Below are positions 49,489-60,010 of a stretch of 64,000 nucleotides of DNA, piece by piece (positions within the stretch are counted from its first letter, which is position 1; each line of letters starts with the position of its first letter). The translations under genes and the position numbers were made by a program. The notes under the pieces are model-generated. The model searched no databases, was not told the origin of the DNA, and saw only the letters and a list, made by a program, of their open reading frames with translations. The DNA comes from a virus, in IMG/VR virus record IMGVR_UViG_3300033068_001182, positions 3,607 to 67,606 of that record. One strand, written 5' to 3'.

Positions 49489-51219
49489 TTAATTAACAGT
49501 AAATTCAGTTTCTTCAGGAATTTCTTGTTCTTGATTTTTCCCAAACCAATCGTTAATATTATTATCATTTCCAATAATACTATTTTTATTAACGATTTTT
49601 TGTTTTTCCTTTTTTTCATCTTTAGGAATCATTTCTTCTAATTTTTCAACATAATAAAATTCCAAAATATGATCTTCAAGTAGATTAACTTCTATTAATG
49701 ATTCATTAAGTCTTTTTTTTGATAATAATTCTTTAATATTGTATATTCTTTCATAAATATCTGAAAGTACATTAGCAATAGTATCATAACTATAAAGACT
49801 TTCATATCTTGAAGGATCTTCAAAAAGAGAATTTTCACTACCTAACTGTAATAATTTTACATCTGGTGCAGTTTCTTCATTTTCTTTAGGAGAATCAACA
49901 TTGTCGAAATTTAATTCACAACTACTACTTTTTTCAAGATATGCTTTAATTTCATGTTCTTCAGCACATCTTACATGTCTTGTTAAACAATATCCGGCTT
50001 TATTATTTTTTAAATTAAATATATTTACATCATTTTCACCATAAGTATAATCTTTTATAAAAACTATATCTCCTTTTTCACCCAGTACATTTTCAGTTCC
50101 AGCAAAAACAAGTTTTGCCATTAATATACCATAACTATTACTTTGCAATATGAAATTTGTTGTATCAAATTTAAAAGTTGTTGAAATAATTCCTCTATTT
50201 CCTTCAGAATTTTGAAATTCTGAAAAATTTCCTTGAACATTTTTATAACTGTCTTCTTCTGGTTTACCCAAGGCTAGATACCAATTATCTTTTATTAATA
50301 ATTCTGTTTTTTTAAACAAATTACTTATAACACTATTACCAGTATCACATCTCAGCCAGAAACCTTTTATATATTCTGGTTTACAGTCTGAATATACAAT
50401 TCCAGAAATATCATCAATTTTACATTTTAATTTAAAAGTTCCTTTCTTTGCATTAATAATTTTGTAGACAATATCTTTTCCACTAGCAATTTTACTTTTA
50501 CTTCTAACTACTTCTTTGCTGATATATTTATTTTTGGATACTATATTTCCATTTTTAATTTCATATAAATAATTTATATCAAATTCTTTTATATTTTCAC
50601 ATTCAATAGCTTCTAAACTTTCTTTTATAGAAGAAATATACATTTCCGTTCCTTGTATATAACCATAAAATAAAGGTCTTTCTTTATCATGATAACAAAA
50701 TAAACTATCTAATTCTTCATTATAAAACAATAAAGCTGCTGCTCCTTCATATTGTTCAAGTACTTTAATTTTATCATCATATTTACTATTTATGTTTACA
50801 CAATTTGCAAGTATTTGACTATCTACTGGAAAGTCTTTTGTATCGAAATTGTACATTTTTGCAAGATCAATATGATTTTTTAAAGTTCCATTATGAGCTA
50901 ATATTATATTTCCATATTTAAAAGGATGAGCATTATCTACTGAATTAGTACCTATGGTTTTTGCTCTAACATGTGTTATTATTACTTTATCAGGAAATAT
51001 TTGCTTTTTTATACCTTTATTATTTATAAAATTTTCAGCTTTAACATTACTTTTTATAATTCCTGACTTAGGAGTAAATATTCCTGTTGCATCTTTACCT
51101 CTTTCAATGCTATTCCAATACATCAAAAATTTAATTTTTTCTGCATTATAATTTTTTTTACCACTGAAACCTGCAAGTCCACAAAAAAGTATAGAACTGT
51201 TATTTGTAATAAAGCTCAT
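49489..51219 (-). CDS. Second class II glutamine amidotransferase-domain protein with short leader
   Basis: CGLAG, RGKDATG, HVRAKT, NAHPF, HNGT, VDS; start uncertain (51219 or 51261). Confidence 0.82.
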   Translation of the reverse strand: MSFITNNSSILFCGLAGFSGKKNYNAEKIKFLMYWNSIERGKDATGIFTPKSGIIKSNVKAENFINNKGIKKQIFPDKVIITHVRAKTIGTNSVDNAHPFKYGNIILAHNGTLKNHIDLAKMYNFDTKDFPVDSQILANCVNINSKYDDKIKVLEQYEGAAALLFYNEELDSLFCYHDKERPLFYGYIQGTEMYISSIKESLEAIECENIKEFDINYLYEIKNGNIVSKNKYISKEVVRSKSKIASGKDIVYKIINAKKGTFKLKCKIDDISGIVYSDCKPEYIKGFWLRCDTGNSVISNLFKKTELLIKDNWYLALGKPEEDSYKNVQGNFSEFQNSEGNRGIISTTFKFDTTNFILQSNSYGILMAKLVFAGTENVLGEKGDIVFIKDYTYGENDVNIFNLKNNKAGYCLTRHVRCAEEHEIKAYLEKSSSCELNFDNVDSPKENEETAPDVKLLQLGSENSLFEDPSRYESLYSYDTIANVLSDIYERIYNIKELLSKKRLNESLIEVNLLEDHILEFYYVEKLEEMIPKDEKKEKQKIVNKNSIIGNDNNINDWFGKNQEQEIPEETEFTVN

Positions 51220-51301
51220 TATATAATTAATTAAAGCTATTATTAATATTATTTTTATCATTTTTTTAATTTTTAATATGTTTTAAAATATAATTTAGTT
51301 A

Positions 51302-51357
51302 AAAGAGGATGACGGAGGATAATAAATTATCTAAAGCGAACTCAGGTCATCCTCTTT
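51302..51357 (-). terminator. Long hairpin/terminator-like element inside the amidoligase cluster
   Basis: 12-bp inverted repeat AAAGAGGATGAC/GTCATCCTCTTT enclosing a GATAAT/ATTATC hairpin. Confidence 0.55.
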
Positions 51358-51362
51358 ATTTT

Positions 51363-52205
51363 TTAATCTATTATATAATATGCAGATAATACCTGATCTA
51401 ATTCAAATTTATTAATTAAATAATACGCTTCTTTTTTATCATTATTATTAATTGCCATTTGAATTTTAATCTGATCTTCATCTTCTAACACTAAATCATT
51501 ATTTATAAAATCAATTGCTTTATGAACTCCATTAAATATAAGTTTAACAAGATCTATATCATTTATCCAAAAATTAGATAGTCCTCTGAATTCAACTCCA
51601 TAATTTTTAAGTCTAAATTCACCAGCTTTTCCATACATTTTCTTTCTTTCATTGTCTTGATCAAGTATTAATGATGGAATATTTAAGCATAAATCTAACA
51701 TTTTTATTAATTCAATAGAAGTGTTATCGTCAGGATTTTCATATCCAATATGAATATGCCCTCCTGCTGTTCTTAAATTAGTTTTGTTACTTGGTGCATC
51801 ATTCATTTGATATGTCCACGCATTAAATGATGGTTCACAACCAAATGTTTGTGCTTGTTTATTATCTAAATATTTATCATCAAGAAATGCAGAAGCTTGT
51901 ACAACAACTTCTAAATTAGAAGGTAATACAGAATTAGTATAATTAATACATTTTTTAATACTATTATATAATTCAGAAGCATTTTGGCATGGTGGAACAC
52001 ACCATTCAACCATTACATTATCTGTTTGAATATTATATCCGTGTCCTATTTCTTTATGTAAACTAAAAGGTTCTTTCTTTGAACCAGGAATTAATCCAAT
52101 AGCAGATACAATTTCTAAAGTATCTTTTATTCTAATAAAAGCTTCAGGATCACTACCAATTAATATTTTATTTTTATCTATTTTATTTTTCATATTTTTA
52201 ATCAA
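51363..52205 (-). CDS. phiEco32-like COOH-NH2 ligase type 2
   Basis: IGSDPE, TDNV..E, FGCEP..NAW, RTAGGHIHIG, YGKAG.FR.K.YGVEFR. Confidence 0.88.
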   Translation of the reverse strand: MIKNMKNKIDKNKILIGSDPEAFIRIKDTLEIVSAIGLIPGSKKEPFSLHKEIGHGYNIQTDNVMVEWCVPPCQNASELYNSIKKCINYTNSVLPSNLEVVVQASAFLDDKYLDNKQAQTFGCEPSFNAWTYQMNDAPSNKTNLRTAGGHIHIGYENPDDNTSIELIKMLDLCLNIPSLILDQDNERKKMYGKAGEFRLKNYGVEFRGLSNFWINDIDLVKLIFNGVHKAIDFINNDLVLEDEDQIKIQMAINNNDKKEAYYLINKFELDQVLSAYYIID

Positions 52206-52650
52206 ATCCGCTTCTAATAGAATAATTTACCCAATCTCCATTTATAATTCTTGTAAAGTTAGAAATTTCCATAGAATTTGGAACTAAATATATAAGTAGA
52301 TACTCAATACTTTTATTTATTTCTTTGTTAAACACTATATTTCTTTCTAAATTTAAAGATTTAAAACTATTATCAATTATTCTAAAACCTACCTTATTTA
52401 CTTTTAAAACATCACAAACGATAGTATCAGTTTTATTTCCTGTATATTCACAAACAGGATCTATTCCATTATCATACATTTTGTAACCTGTTACTTTAAC
52501 TGTTTCTAAATATTTTAATGCATCTACAGATTCTCCAAGTATTGATTTTATTCTTGAAAAATCTTTTTGAGTTCTTCTATGCTCTCCATAAACTAAAATA
52601 TAGAAAATTTTGTCGTTTTCTAATGTTTTATTATATTCATCAATTTTCAT
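52198..52650 (-). CDS. Gamma-glutamylcyclotransferase (AIG2)-like protein, divergent
   Basis: ILVYG, GYKMY, I.CDV..V, I.NGDW; operon context. Confidence 0.55.
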   Translation of the reverse strand: MKIDEYNKTLENDKIFYILVYGEHRRTQKDFSRIKSILGESVDALKYLETVKVTGYKMYDNGIDPVCEYTGNKTDTIVCDVLKVNKVGFRIIDNSFKSLNLERNIVFNKEINKSIEYLLIYLVPNSMEISNFTRIINGDWVNYSIRSGFD

Positions 52651-52655
52651 AAATT

Positions 52656-53420
52656 TTAATCTGCTTCAACCAATTTTTTTGATTTGGTACTTGTCATATC
52701 AATATATTTTTTGAATTCTTCTTCTTCAATTTTAAAATCCGGAGATAATATTCTACTAATAGGAATATTTAAAGCTAAAGTAATCTCTAGTTTATCTTCT
52801 ACTAGAAGTTGTGTTAACTTTTTTAATATTGTAACCAGTTTTGTATTATATCCCATCCATTCAGGATGACCTTGTATACCTAAAGCTTTTGATTCTTTAT
52901 AATATACTAGTTCAGGTTCAATAATAATATTATTTTCATCTGTAGGCATCATTATTTTAGAATCACAACCATCTAAATGATTATTAGATAATTCTTCAGC
53001 ATATGCTAATATTCTATATTTATCTTTTCCTCCAGGAATACTCCAAGGATATTGTAATTGATGATGACAAGATGTGGTATTAACTTTTGAACCATCCCAA
53101 AATTTAATATCATGATGTGAAGGATGTGATAAGTCTTGTACTAATCTTCCTCCAGCCATAGCACATAATAATTGTGCTCCTCTACATATTCCAAAAATAG
53201 GAATTCCTAATTTAATAGCTCTATTATATTGATCTATTTCATATTCATCTCTTCTATTATTGAAATGTGTTCTTGATCCTTGTTTTTCACCATATATTTC
53301 AGGATTAATATCTTCGCCTCCTGTTAATAATACAACATCGGCATCTTTCATATTAATTACTTTTTCTCCTAAAAAAATACTTCCTGTTTGGAATCCCCCA
53401 CCTATAATATATACTTTCAT
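52656..53420 (-). CDS. Class I GATase / peptidase C26 (gamma-glutamyl hydrolase)
   Basis: LTGGEDINP..YG, RD.YE, GICRGAQ, HHQ, QGHPE. Confidence 0.9.
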   Translation of the reverse strand: MKVYIIGGGFQTGSIFLGEKVINMKDADVVLLTGGEDINPEIYGEKQGSRTHFNNRRDEYEIDQYNRAIKLGIPIFGICRGAQLLCAMAGGRLVQDLSHPSHHDIKFWDGSKVNTTSCHHQLQYPWSIPGGKDKYRILAYAEELSNNHLDGCDSKIMMPTDENNIIIEPELVYYKESKALGIQGHPEWMGYNTKLVTILKKLTQLLVEDKLEITLALNIPISRILSPDFKIEEEEFKKYIDMTSTKSKKLVEAD

Positions 53421-53446
53421 TTATTATTTATTTTTATTTAATTTGT

Positions 53447-54301
53447 TTACCAATTGTAATTTTTCCAAAATTCTAAAAATTCTTTTCCTAAACCATTTTC
53501 TGCATAAAAATTTCTAAAAATATCTATTGTTTTAGTTTGTTTAGTTGCTTTATCATAATAATCTAAATCATTTGATGAACCTAAATGATAATAAGGTGTA
53601 TAATTTTGTTTTTTATATGTTTCTTCATAAAAGAAATCATTAGGTTGAGCTACTATAACATTATTATAAAAATGTTCAAATGTAAAATGTTTAAATATTC
53701 CTTTTCCTGCAAAAACCGCATAATTACGAGTTCCTTTAATAAATGACTCACATAATTCAGACATTAGGAAAGCATCCCAGAAACTAATAGATTTATCTTT
53801 ATTAATTAAATTTAATGCGCTACTTAAAACTTTATTTCCATAAAAATTTATAAGGTATCTACATAAAAATAATTGGATTTTTATATCTTTACAGTTAATA
53901 CTGTTTGATAAGTCTATTTGTAATGTTACTGCTGGTTCAAGATCAATATAAGAATAGTGTACTGTACTAGAATCAAATTCATGTATATTATATTTAAAAT
54001 CATCAATTCTTTTAATATTTGAACTTGGTATAGAATTATTTAATTGATTTAAATAAAATTCAATTTCTTCATCATTAAAAATCAATTTGTCTGTTGTAGA
54101 ATTGTAATTTTTTAATATCATTTTACCATCTTCAAATGATATAAAATTTCTGGGCAGATAATATTTTACAGTATGATTATTTCCTAATATTAAATTTTCT
54201 TTATCATTAGTATATTGTCCAAAACAATCATATCCTCTTGAACGTATGAATATTTTTCCTGTATTGTTATCAATAACATCATAATTTGTTCTGTAACGCA
54301 T
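53447..54301 (-). CDS. Hypothetical protein inside the amidoligase cluster
   Basis: 284-aa ORF overlapping the ATP-grasp gene end. Confidence 0.55.
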   Translation of the reverse strand: MRYRTNYDVIDNNTGKIFIRSRGYDCFGQYTNDKENLILGNNHTVKYYLPRNFISFEDGKMILKNYNSTTDKLIFNDEEIEFYLNQLNNSIPSSNIKRIDDFKYNIHEFDSSTVHYSYIDLEPAVTLQIDLSNSINCKDIKIQLFLCRYLINFYGNKVLSSALNLINKDKSISFWDAFLMSELCESFIKGTRNYAVFAGKGIFKHFTFEHFYNNVIVAQPNDFFYEETYKKQNYTPYYHLGSSNDLDYYDKATKQTKTIDIFRNFYAENGLGKEFLEFWKNYNW

Positions 54302-55160
54302 ATTTTCTTCTTAATAATTTAGGAATTTCTTCAATATATTTTTGTGAAGTAATTTCTCCAAATGAAGGAGCAGAATTAATTTCAACAATAATAAAATCTG
54401 GATTTTCTCTTATTATACCTTTATTATCTTTACTTGATTGAATTCTTAAATCTACAGCACCAATGTCTAATCCAGTAGCTTTTAATGCTTTAATAGATTC
54501 TTCAACAATAATATCCCAATTAACCGGTTTATCAAAATCAGGATTTTGTTCTATGATCCAACTTGAATTTTTATCATTTCTATACCATCTTTGATCTTCA
54601 GGAGTATCTGATTTAAGCATTTTTCTACAAGTGTAGAAACAACCATCTTCAGTTACATGAAGTCTATATTCTCTATTATAATTATAGAATTTTTCAAAAA
54701 TATAGTTATTTAATGTTTTACCAATTAACCATTTATTTAATTCTTCAATAGATTTAATTAATGTATTACCATTATTTCTGCTACCAAAAATATGTTTAGC
54801 TACTATTGGATAAGTATCATTATTTATAGCAAATTGTTGATCATCATCTTGTTCTCCATATTTATGAAATTTTAAATTATTATGATTATCCACAATCCAC
54901 CAATCAGCTGTTTTAACATTATCATTAGCAAAACATCGTTTCATTAACAATTTATTAGCTGAATTTTTTACAGCTTTTATTGTATTACATTCAATTCTTT
55001 TACCTCCATTACTTACAGTATCTGGCATATCAGTAGTAGAACCTAATCTGACTAATGATCTAAATGGTAATAAAGGTAGAGTCCTATTTTTTCGCCTTAA
55101 TATGCTATGTGTTGGATGTCTAGAAAATATTACCGATCTTGTTAACTTCTTTTTTATCAT
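54279..55160 (-). CDS. ATP-grasp peptide ligase (RimK/YheCD-like)
   Basis: NSANK, YPIVAK..GS...G, REYRLHV, LDIGAVD, IVEINSAPS. Confidence 0.88.
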   Translation of the reverse strand: MIKKKLTRSVIFSRHPTHSILRRKNRTLPLLPFRSLVRLGSTTDMPDTVSNGGKRIECNTIKAVKNSANKLLMKRCFANDNVKTADWWIVDNHNNLKFHKYGEQDDDQQFAINNDTYPIVAKHIFGSRNNGNTLIKSIEELNKWLIGKTLNNYIFEKFYNYNREYRLHVTEDGCFYTCRKMLKSDTPEDQRWYRNDKNSSWIIEQNPDFDKPVNWDIIVEESIKALKATGLDIGAVDLRIQSSKDNKGIIRENPDFIIVEINSAPSFGEITSQKYIEEIPKLLRRKYALQNKL

Positions 55161-56142
55161 TATCTAATTTTTTTATAAATTTTAAATCTTTTGCTCTAAA
55201 TCTTAATATTTCATTAGTTGGAGTAATACATTTTATAATATCTAATTTTTTATTAGAACTTGCTTTTTGTATTCTAGAAGATTCAGAATTATTTATTACT
55301 TCAATAACTTTTAATTCCTTTTTACTATATTTTAAATCTTTTCTTTTCAAAACTACAATACTATTTTTATAAATAGTTTTATCTTTTTGTAATTTATAAC
55401 CTTTTAAATTAGGAATAATAAATTTTATTTCTTCTAATAAAAATTTAAGACTTATTTTCTTTCCGTTTTCAATTTCATGATTAACAATAATATAATAAGA
55501 ATCTCCAAGTTTTAAACTATTTCCATATCTAATTTCATAGTCTGAAATAGTATTACCAACCAATGTCTTTTTAATATCACTTAATCCCCATACTTTTCCT
55601 GATAAATTATAATCTTTAATTTTTATTTTTAATTTGGATAAATTATTTTTTACTTTATCTTTTGAAGTATAAGATTGGATTTCAGTAAGTTTAAATCTTT
55701 TAATTTTATTTATTTGTTTTTCATCAGATGAATCAATTATATAAACTATTCCTTCATATTGTTGACCTGGTCTAAGTAATGAATCTTCATTTAATATTTC
55801 AATACCATCTGTAAATCCTAATAATATACCTGATATATAAATATCTTTAGTAAAAGTATATTTGTTAAACATACCTCTATTTTTATCTATAAAAACTAAA
55901 TTATTTATTGATGATAATCCTTTAACAAGTGTACTTGTATAATTATTTTTATAATAAAGAAGTATATCTTTTATTTGCAGTCTATTTTTTGTATAAGTAT
56001 TTAACATATTAAATTCTTCGTTATTTAAATTTTCTTCATCATCTTTTATTTTCTCAACAATATTTTCTTCTAGTTTTATTTTTAATGCTTGTTTTTTTAA
56101 CATTTTTATAATTTCTTCATCGCTCATATTATATGCATTCAT
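55120..56142 (-). CDS. Hypothetical protein
   Basis: 340-aa ORF overlapping polB and ATP-grasp genes. Confidence 0.55.
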   Translation of the reverse strand: MNAYNMSDEEIIKMLKKQALKIKLEENIVEKIKDDEENLNNEEFNMLNTYTKNRLQIKDILLYYKNNYTSTLVKGLSSINNLVFIDKNRGMFNKYTFTKDIYISGILLGFTDGIEILNEDSLLRPGQQYEGIVYIIDSSDEKQINKIKRFKLTEIQSYTSKDKVKNNLSKLKIKIKDYNLSGKVWGLSDIKKTLVGNTISDYEIRYGNSLKLGDSYYIIVNHEIENGKKISLKFLLEEIKFIIPNLKGYKLQKDKTIYKNSIVVLKRKDLKYSKKELKVIEVINNSESSRIQKASSNKKLDIIKCITPTNEILRFRAKDLKFIKKLDNDKKEVNKIGNIF

Positions 56143-58084
56143 TTTTTTCGATTAATTCAATTAAATTTATTTGAGAAGGTTTTAAAATATCTATAATTTT
56201 ATTAACTTCTCTAATATAGAATGAATAATCTATTTTATAATCATTCATTTCTTTTTCTATATATTTATTAAATATTTCAACATCATAACCTTTATTTATA
56301 ATTTCAGAAGAACCTTTACTATATTGTTTAACAAACTTTTTGCCTGATTTAGATATATAATATCTTACATTTTTTTGTTGTTTTTCAATGGTTATTTCAG
56401 AACTATTGCGAGATATATAATGGATTTCTCCATAACTATCTCTACTAAATTTCTGTCTTCCACAAAAATCATAAATATTAGTATGATTTAATATTGTATC
56501 TTTTATATTTTTATTATTAATAAAATATTCAGATATTGCTAAAGGAATTATACGGAAACTATTATCTTTATGATATGCTGGTTCATTACCTACGACTTTA
56601 TCAATTTCAAATGCTCCTTTGTATTTTATTTTACCCTTAGTACTAACTGCTATATAATTATTAACATCTTTTATAATCATTTTAGAATAATCAACATATT
56701 CTAATTCAAGATTTGTTTTAGTCTCCCACTCTTTACATAATTTATAATATATATCTTGTTGATTTTTTGGTATTTTTACAGTAATACCATCTGTATTAGC
56801 TTGTATCATAGTAATATTTTTAATATTATTTACTAATGATTCAGCTAACATAGTCAATAATAATTGACCATTAATTGTTGTTGCCATAGTATATTGTGGA
56901 TCATAAAGAAAACTAAATTTATCATTAGATTTACCATATACACTATTAGCTGATAACTTTAAAGCATCTGAAATAGACATTTCTCCTGCTTTTTTAGCAC
57001 GTATTCTTTCTTGAACAATATCTTTATCATATAATTCAATAAATGTTTTTCCTAAATGTTCAATAAAAAGTTTATTTTTAATTGCTACATTAGGATATAA
57101 AGATGCAACATCAGCATCAATTATAATATAATCTTCATTAGATTCATACACACCTGGTTTAATACAGCCATGAATACCTCCTGTACCATAATCATATTGA
57201 AATCCTTTATATATTACAGATTTTTTAAAGGCGTTCTTAGTTTCTCTTACTTCAACAACTTTAAAATATTCTAATAAATTTATAAATTCTTTAGATTCAA
57301 ATTTAATATAATCAAATATTATATCTCTAACATAAATACAATCTCTTTTAGTTCTTAGATTTTTAATTTCTCTAGGGTCTAAATTTAATTCATCACAATA
57401 TAATTTAAGTAATAATGCTTCACCAATTTTACTATCACTATAATTTATACAAGGTAATTTATATTTATTTTTAATTGATTTTCTTAATTCTATTTTATCT
57501 TTAGATTTTTTATAAAATTCATAAGTTGCTAATACATCATTTAGATTATATTCTAAAATCAATTTAACGTCTTCTAAGCTAATATTTTTTATAGAGTGAT
57601 CTATTGGCATATCCATTACATTTGGATAGTTCATAGAGATTTCTAAAGCCTTTAAAGAAGTCATTCTAGCCTTATTATTATAATGCCATATTCTAAATAA
57701 GTCTACCTGTTGTATTTTTGTATCTTTATCTTGTATTACTGCTGATTTAGAAGGATCATTTAAATTTTGTATTTCAATAATTCTTTGAGCTTCTTTATAT
57801 ATTGAAGTTATAATTTGTTCTTTACAACTTTCATATTTATTAAACCAGCTGTTTTTAAAATTCTCCAATATATAATGTAATATAGGATAGTCAAATCCAA
57901 TATTATTAAAGCCTATTTGTGCATGTAAAGATTGTAAATGCTCTATTAATTCTAATAGTTCAAATTTATCTTTATGTAATACGAATTGAGTAATTTTGTG
58001 TGTATTAATATCAAAACCAGTATATGTAAAACAAGACGCAAGTGTTTCTAAATCATATACTTCGATATTATACTTTTTAGTCAT
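56129..58084 (-). CDS. polB: Family B DNA polymerase (crAss-type)
   Basis: Exo YDLE, GFNNIGFD, YNLND; pol DVASLYP, KLSANSVYG, NTDG. Confidence 0.93.
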   Translation of the reverse strand: MTKKYNIEVYDLETLASCFTYTGFDINTHKITQFVLHKDKFELLELIEHLQSLHAQIGFNNIGFDYPILHYILENFKNSWFNKYESCKEQIITSIYKEAQRIIEIQNLNDPSKSAVIQDKDTKIQQVDLFRIWHYNNKARMTSLKALEISMNYPNVMDMPIDHSIKNISLEDVKLILEYNLNDVLATYEFYKKSKDKIELRKSIKNKYKLPCINYSDSKIGEALLLKLYCDELNLDPREIKNLRTKRDCIYVRDIIFDYIKFESKEFINLLEYFKVVEVRETKNAFKKSVIYKGFQYDYGTGGIHGCIKPGVYESNEDYIIIDADVASLYPNVAIKNKLFIEHLGKTFIELYDKDIVQERIRAKKAGEMSISDALKLSANSVYGKSNDKFSFLYDPQYTMATTINGQLLLTMLAESLVNNIKNITMIQANTDGITVKIPKNQQDIYYKLCKEWETKTNLELEYVDYSKMIIKDVNNYIAVSTKGKIKYKGAFEIDKVVGNEPAYHKDNSFRIIPLAISEYFINNKNIKDTILNHTNIYDFCGRQKFSRDSYGEIHYISRNSSEITIEKQQKNVRYYISKSGKKFVKQYSKGSSEIINKGYDVEIFNKYIEKEMNDYKIDYSFYIREVNKIIDILKPSQINLIELIEKNECI

Positions 58085-58088
58085 ATTA

Positions 58089-58577
58089 TTAAAAATTATC
58101 TGTTACAGTTGTTTCTTCACTATAAGAAGTAAAAAATGTTGTTCCGTTATGTAGTGGTTGTATAACATTTAAATTAAAATATAAATTATTATTAATTATA
58201 AATTGTTCAATATCTGAAACTCTCCATAAATAACCTATTAGTGAAATTACTTGTAAACCATTTATTTCCATATATTCTCCTTCAACTTGTCCTGCTGGAG
58301 CTTGTGCAATGTAATTAAATGAAAGAGCAACTATTGATAATAAATCAGATAAAGAATTTATATTTATAGAATTTATTAATTCTGAACCAATATTTTGTTT
58401 ACTTTTTTTATTTAATAAACAGTTATGTGTTATCCAATATTTTTTATTAAGACTAAACCATTTTTTATGTGATTCTGGTAAAAGATCAAAAATTTCACCA
58501 CTAATCATTGATATTTTGTATATATGTAGTGCTTTTTTATCACATACATAATAAATTATTTTTTTTCTTTCGCTCAT
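58089..58577 (-). CDS. Hypothetical protein
   Basis: ORF; ATG (MSERKK) preferred because the TTG start overlaps the terminator. Confidence 0.5.
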   Translation of the reverse strand: MSERKKIIYYVCDKKALHIYKISMISGEIFDLLPESHKKWFSLNKKYWITHNCLLNKKSKQNIGSELINSININSLSDLLSIVALSFNYIAQAPAGQVEGEYMEINGLQVISLIGYLWRVSDIEQFIINNNLYFNLNVIQPLHNGTTFFTSYSEETTVTDNF

Positions 58578-58596
58578 ATCTTTCTGTTTTTTTTTC

Positions 58597-58629
58597 AATA
58601 AAAGGTAGACAATAAATCTACCTTTTATT
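58597..58629. terminator. Intrinsic terminator hairpin
   Basis: AATAAAAGGTAGA / TCTACCTTTTATT inverted repeat, similar to the 24009 hairpin. Confidence 0.75.
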
Positions 58630-58639
58630 TATTTTATTT

Positions 58640-58912
58640 TTAAATTAATTCTTTTGCAACTTCTACAAAGATTTTACCAATAACATGAGTGTCGTTGATT
58701 TCAACTTTATCAGTTGGATGTTTTAATGCTCTACCTGTTGCAATTGCTCTACCTTTTTTTTTGGTAAATTGATCTCTTGGTGAACATTCAGATTTTCCAA
58801 AGAATAATACATTGTCTACAAGCACTCCTGCAATTGTAACTCTTCTTTGTTCTTTGTTTTTTTTACCTGCTTTTTTACTTCCATATAAGAAGTAGGTTTT
58901 ATTATCGCTCAT
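58640..58912 (-). CDS. Small phage protein
   Basis: G.SECSPRDQF.KKKGR.IA.GRA motif. Confidence 0.55.
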   Translation of the reverse strand: MSDNKTYFLYGSKKAGKKNKEQRRVTIAGVLVDNVLFFGKSECSPRDQFTKKKGRAIATGRALKHPTDKVEINDTHVIGKIFVEVAKELI

Positions 58913-58933
58913 TTTTATTATTTATTTAATTGT

Positions 58934-59155
58934 TTATAATGCTTTTTCAATTTGTTGTAATATACTAGTAAGTAAAGGTAATTCTTCATTACCATTATTA
59001 TCTAATAAATAACTATTTTGTAAATCTCCAATTTTATATTCTCCATGTAATTCTTTTAAAGATTCTTTAGTATTAATAGTAATTTGAACATTTAATATTA
59101 TTGGTTTAAATGTAAGAACATCATCTTTTTTTGTTACTTCTGTTATAATTGCCAT
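58934..59155 (-). CDS. Hypothetical protein
   Basis: 73-aa ORF in early cluster. Confidence 0.5.
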   Translation of the reverse strand: MAIITEVTKKDDVLTFKPIILNVQITINTKESLKELHGEYKIGDLQNSYLLDNNGNEELPLLTSILQQIEKAL

Positions 59156-59157
59156 AA

Positions 59158-59586
59158 TTATTGATTTATTTCTGCTACAAAATAATATACTTTATTTTTT
59201 GTATCAGGATTAATAAAAGAAGATGCTAATTTCCAAGGTCCTTCATAATTTTCAGCAGTTAATGCTTTAACTATAATATTATCTTCAATATGTGAAAAAG
59301 TTACTAATCCTTTATTACCATATTCAGCAACCATTTTTAATAGTTGTGTCATTAGTTTTTGAACAAGATTAATTTTGTTTTCTTCTGATATTGAATCTGG
59401 TAAACTAACTAAAAAATTTCCTATATTGTATATTCCACAACAGTATTTATTTTCTTCTGGTAAATCTATTTCTAATAAAGTATCACCATCAACAGATATT
59501 GATAGATCATTATAATCAAATATAATTTCTTTTCTGTCAATATTAAATAATTGTGATATTAATGTTTTTAATTCGCTTTTTGCCAT
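59158..59586 (-). CDS. Hypothetical protein
   Basis: 142 aa; CCG and FINPDTKN motifs. Confidence 0.55.
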   Translation of the reverse strand: MAKSELKTLISQLFNIDRKEIIFDYNDLSISVDGDTLLEIDLPEENKYCCGIYNIGNFLVSLPDSISEENKINLVQKLMTQLLKMVAEYGNKGLVTFSHIEDNIIVKALTAENYEGPWKLASSFINPDTKNKVYYFVAEINQ

Positions 59587-59587
59587 T

Positions 59588-60010
59588 TTAATTTGTGTAA
59601 TTAGTATTATTATCGTTTAATCTTTTTCTTATTAAATCATTTGTTTTATCATTAATAGATCCAAATCTTGTATGAACTATTCTTTTTACGTTATAACAAT
59701 AGATTTTACCTAAAAAAGGATATTCTTTAGTTGGATTAGTATAGTTACTTTGTACAGCATTATATACAGTTTTGTAATCAATTTTTGGAAAATAATGTTT
59801 TGCTAATAAATAACAATCTTCTATACTTCTCATTGATCCTGTAATTTGTCTATATAGTTTATTATTTCTTTTCCAAAATGTAGGAACATTTACAAATAAT
59901 AAAAGAAATATTATATCAGCTAAATCATTTATGATCGTATTACTATTAAAAACTAATTCGCTTTTTCTTAAATTATCTAATTTATTTTGTTTTTCTTTAA
60001 ATTTATCCAT
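59588..60010 (-). CDS. Hypothetical protein
   Basis: 140 aa; RSIED.Y...KHYFP. Confidence 0.55.
   Translation of the reverse strand: MDKFKEKQNKLDNLRKSELVFNSNTIINDLADIIFLLLFVNVPTFWKRNNKLYRQITGSMRSIEDCYLLAKHYFPKIDYKTVYNAVQSNYTNPTKEYPFLGKIYCYNVKRIVHTRFGSINDKTNDLIRKRLNDNNTNYTN

Noticed and set aside
6592-55372. Short antisense or overlapping ORFs in the track (e.g. 6592-6819, 9762-10124, 17599-17931, 29853-30236, 39974-40243, 55139-55372)
   Set aside because: They lie opposite or within well-supported genes and have shadow-ORF composition
185-58084. Stop-codon reassignment (TAG/TGA), known in some crAss-like phages
   Set aside because: Long genes are intact in code 11, TAG and TGA both end genes, and no suppressor tRNA is present; the breaks seen are explained by an intron and a frame-changing split
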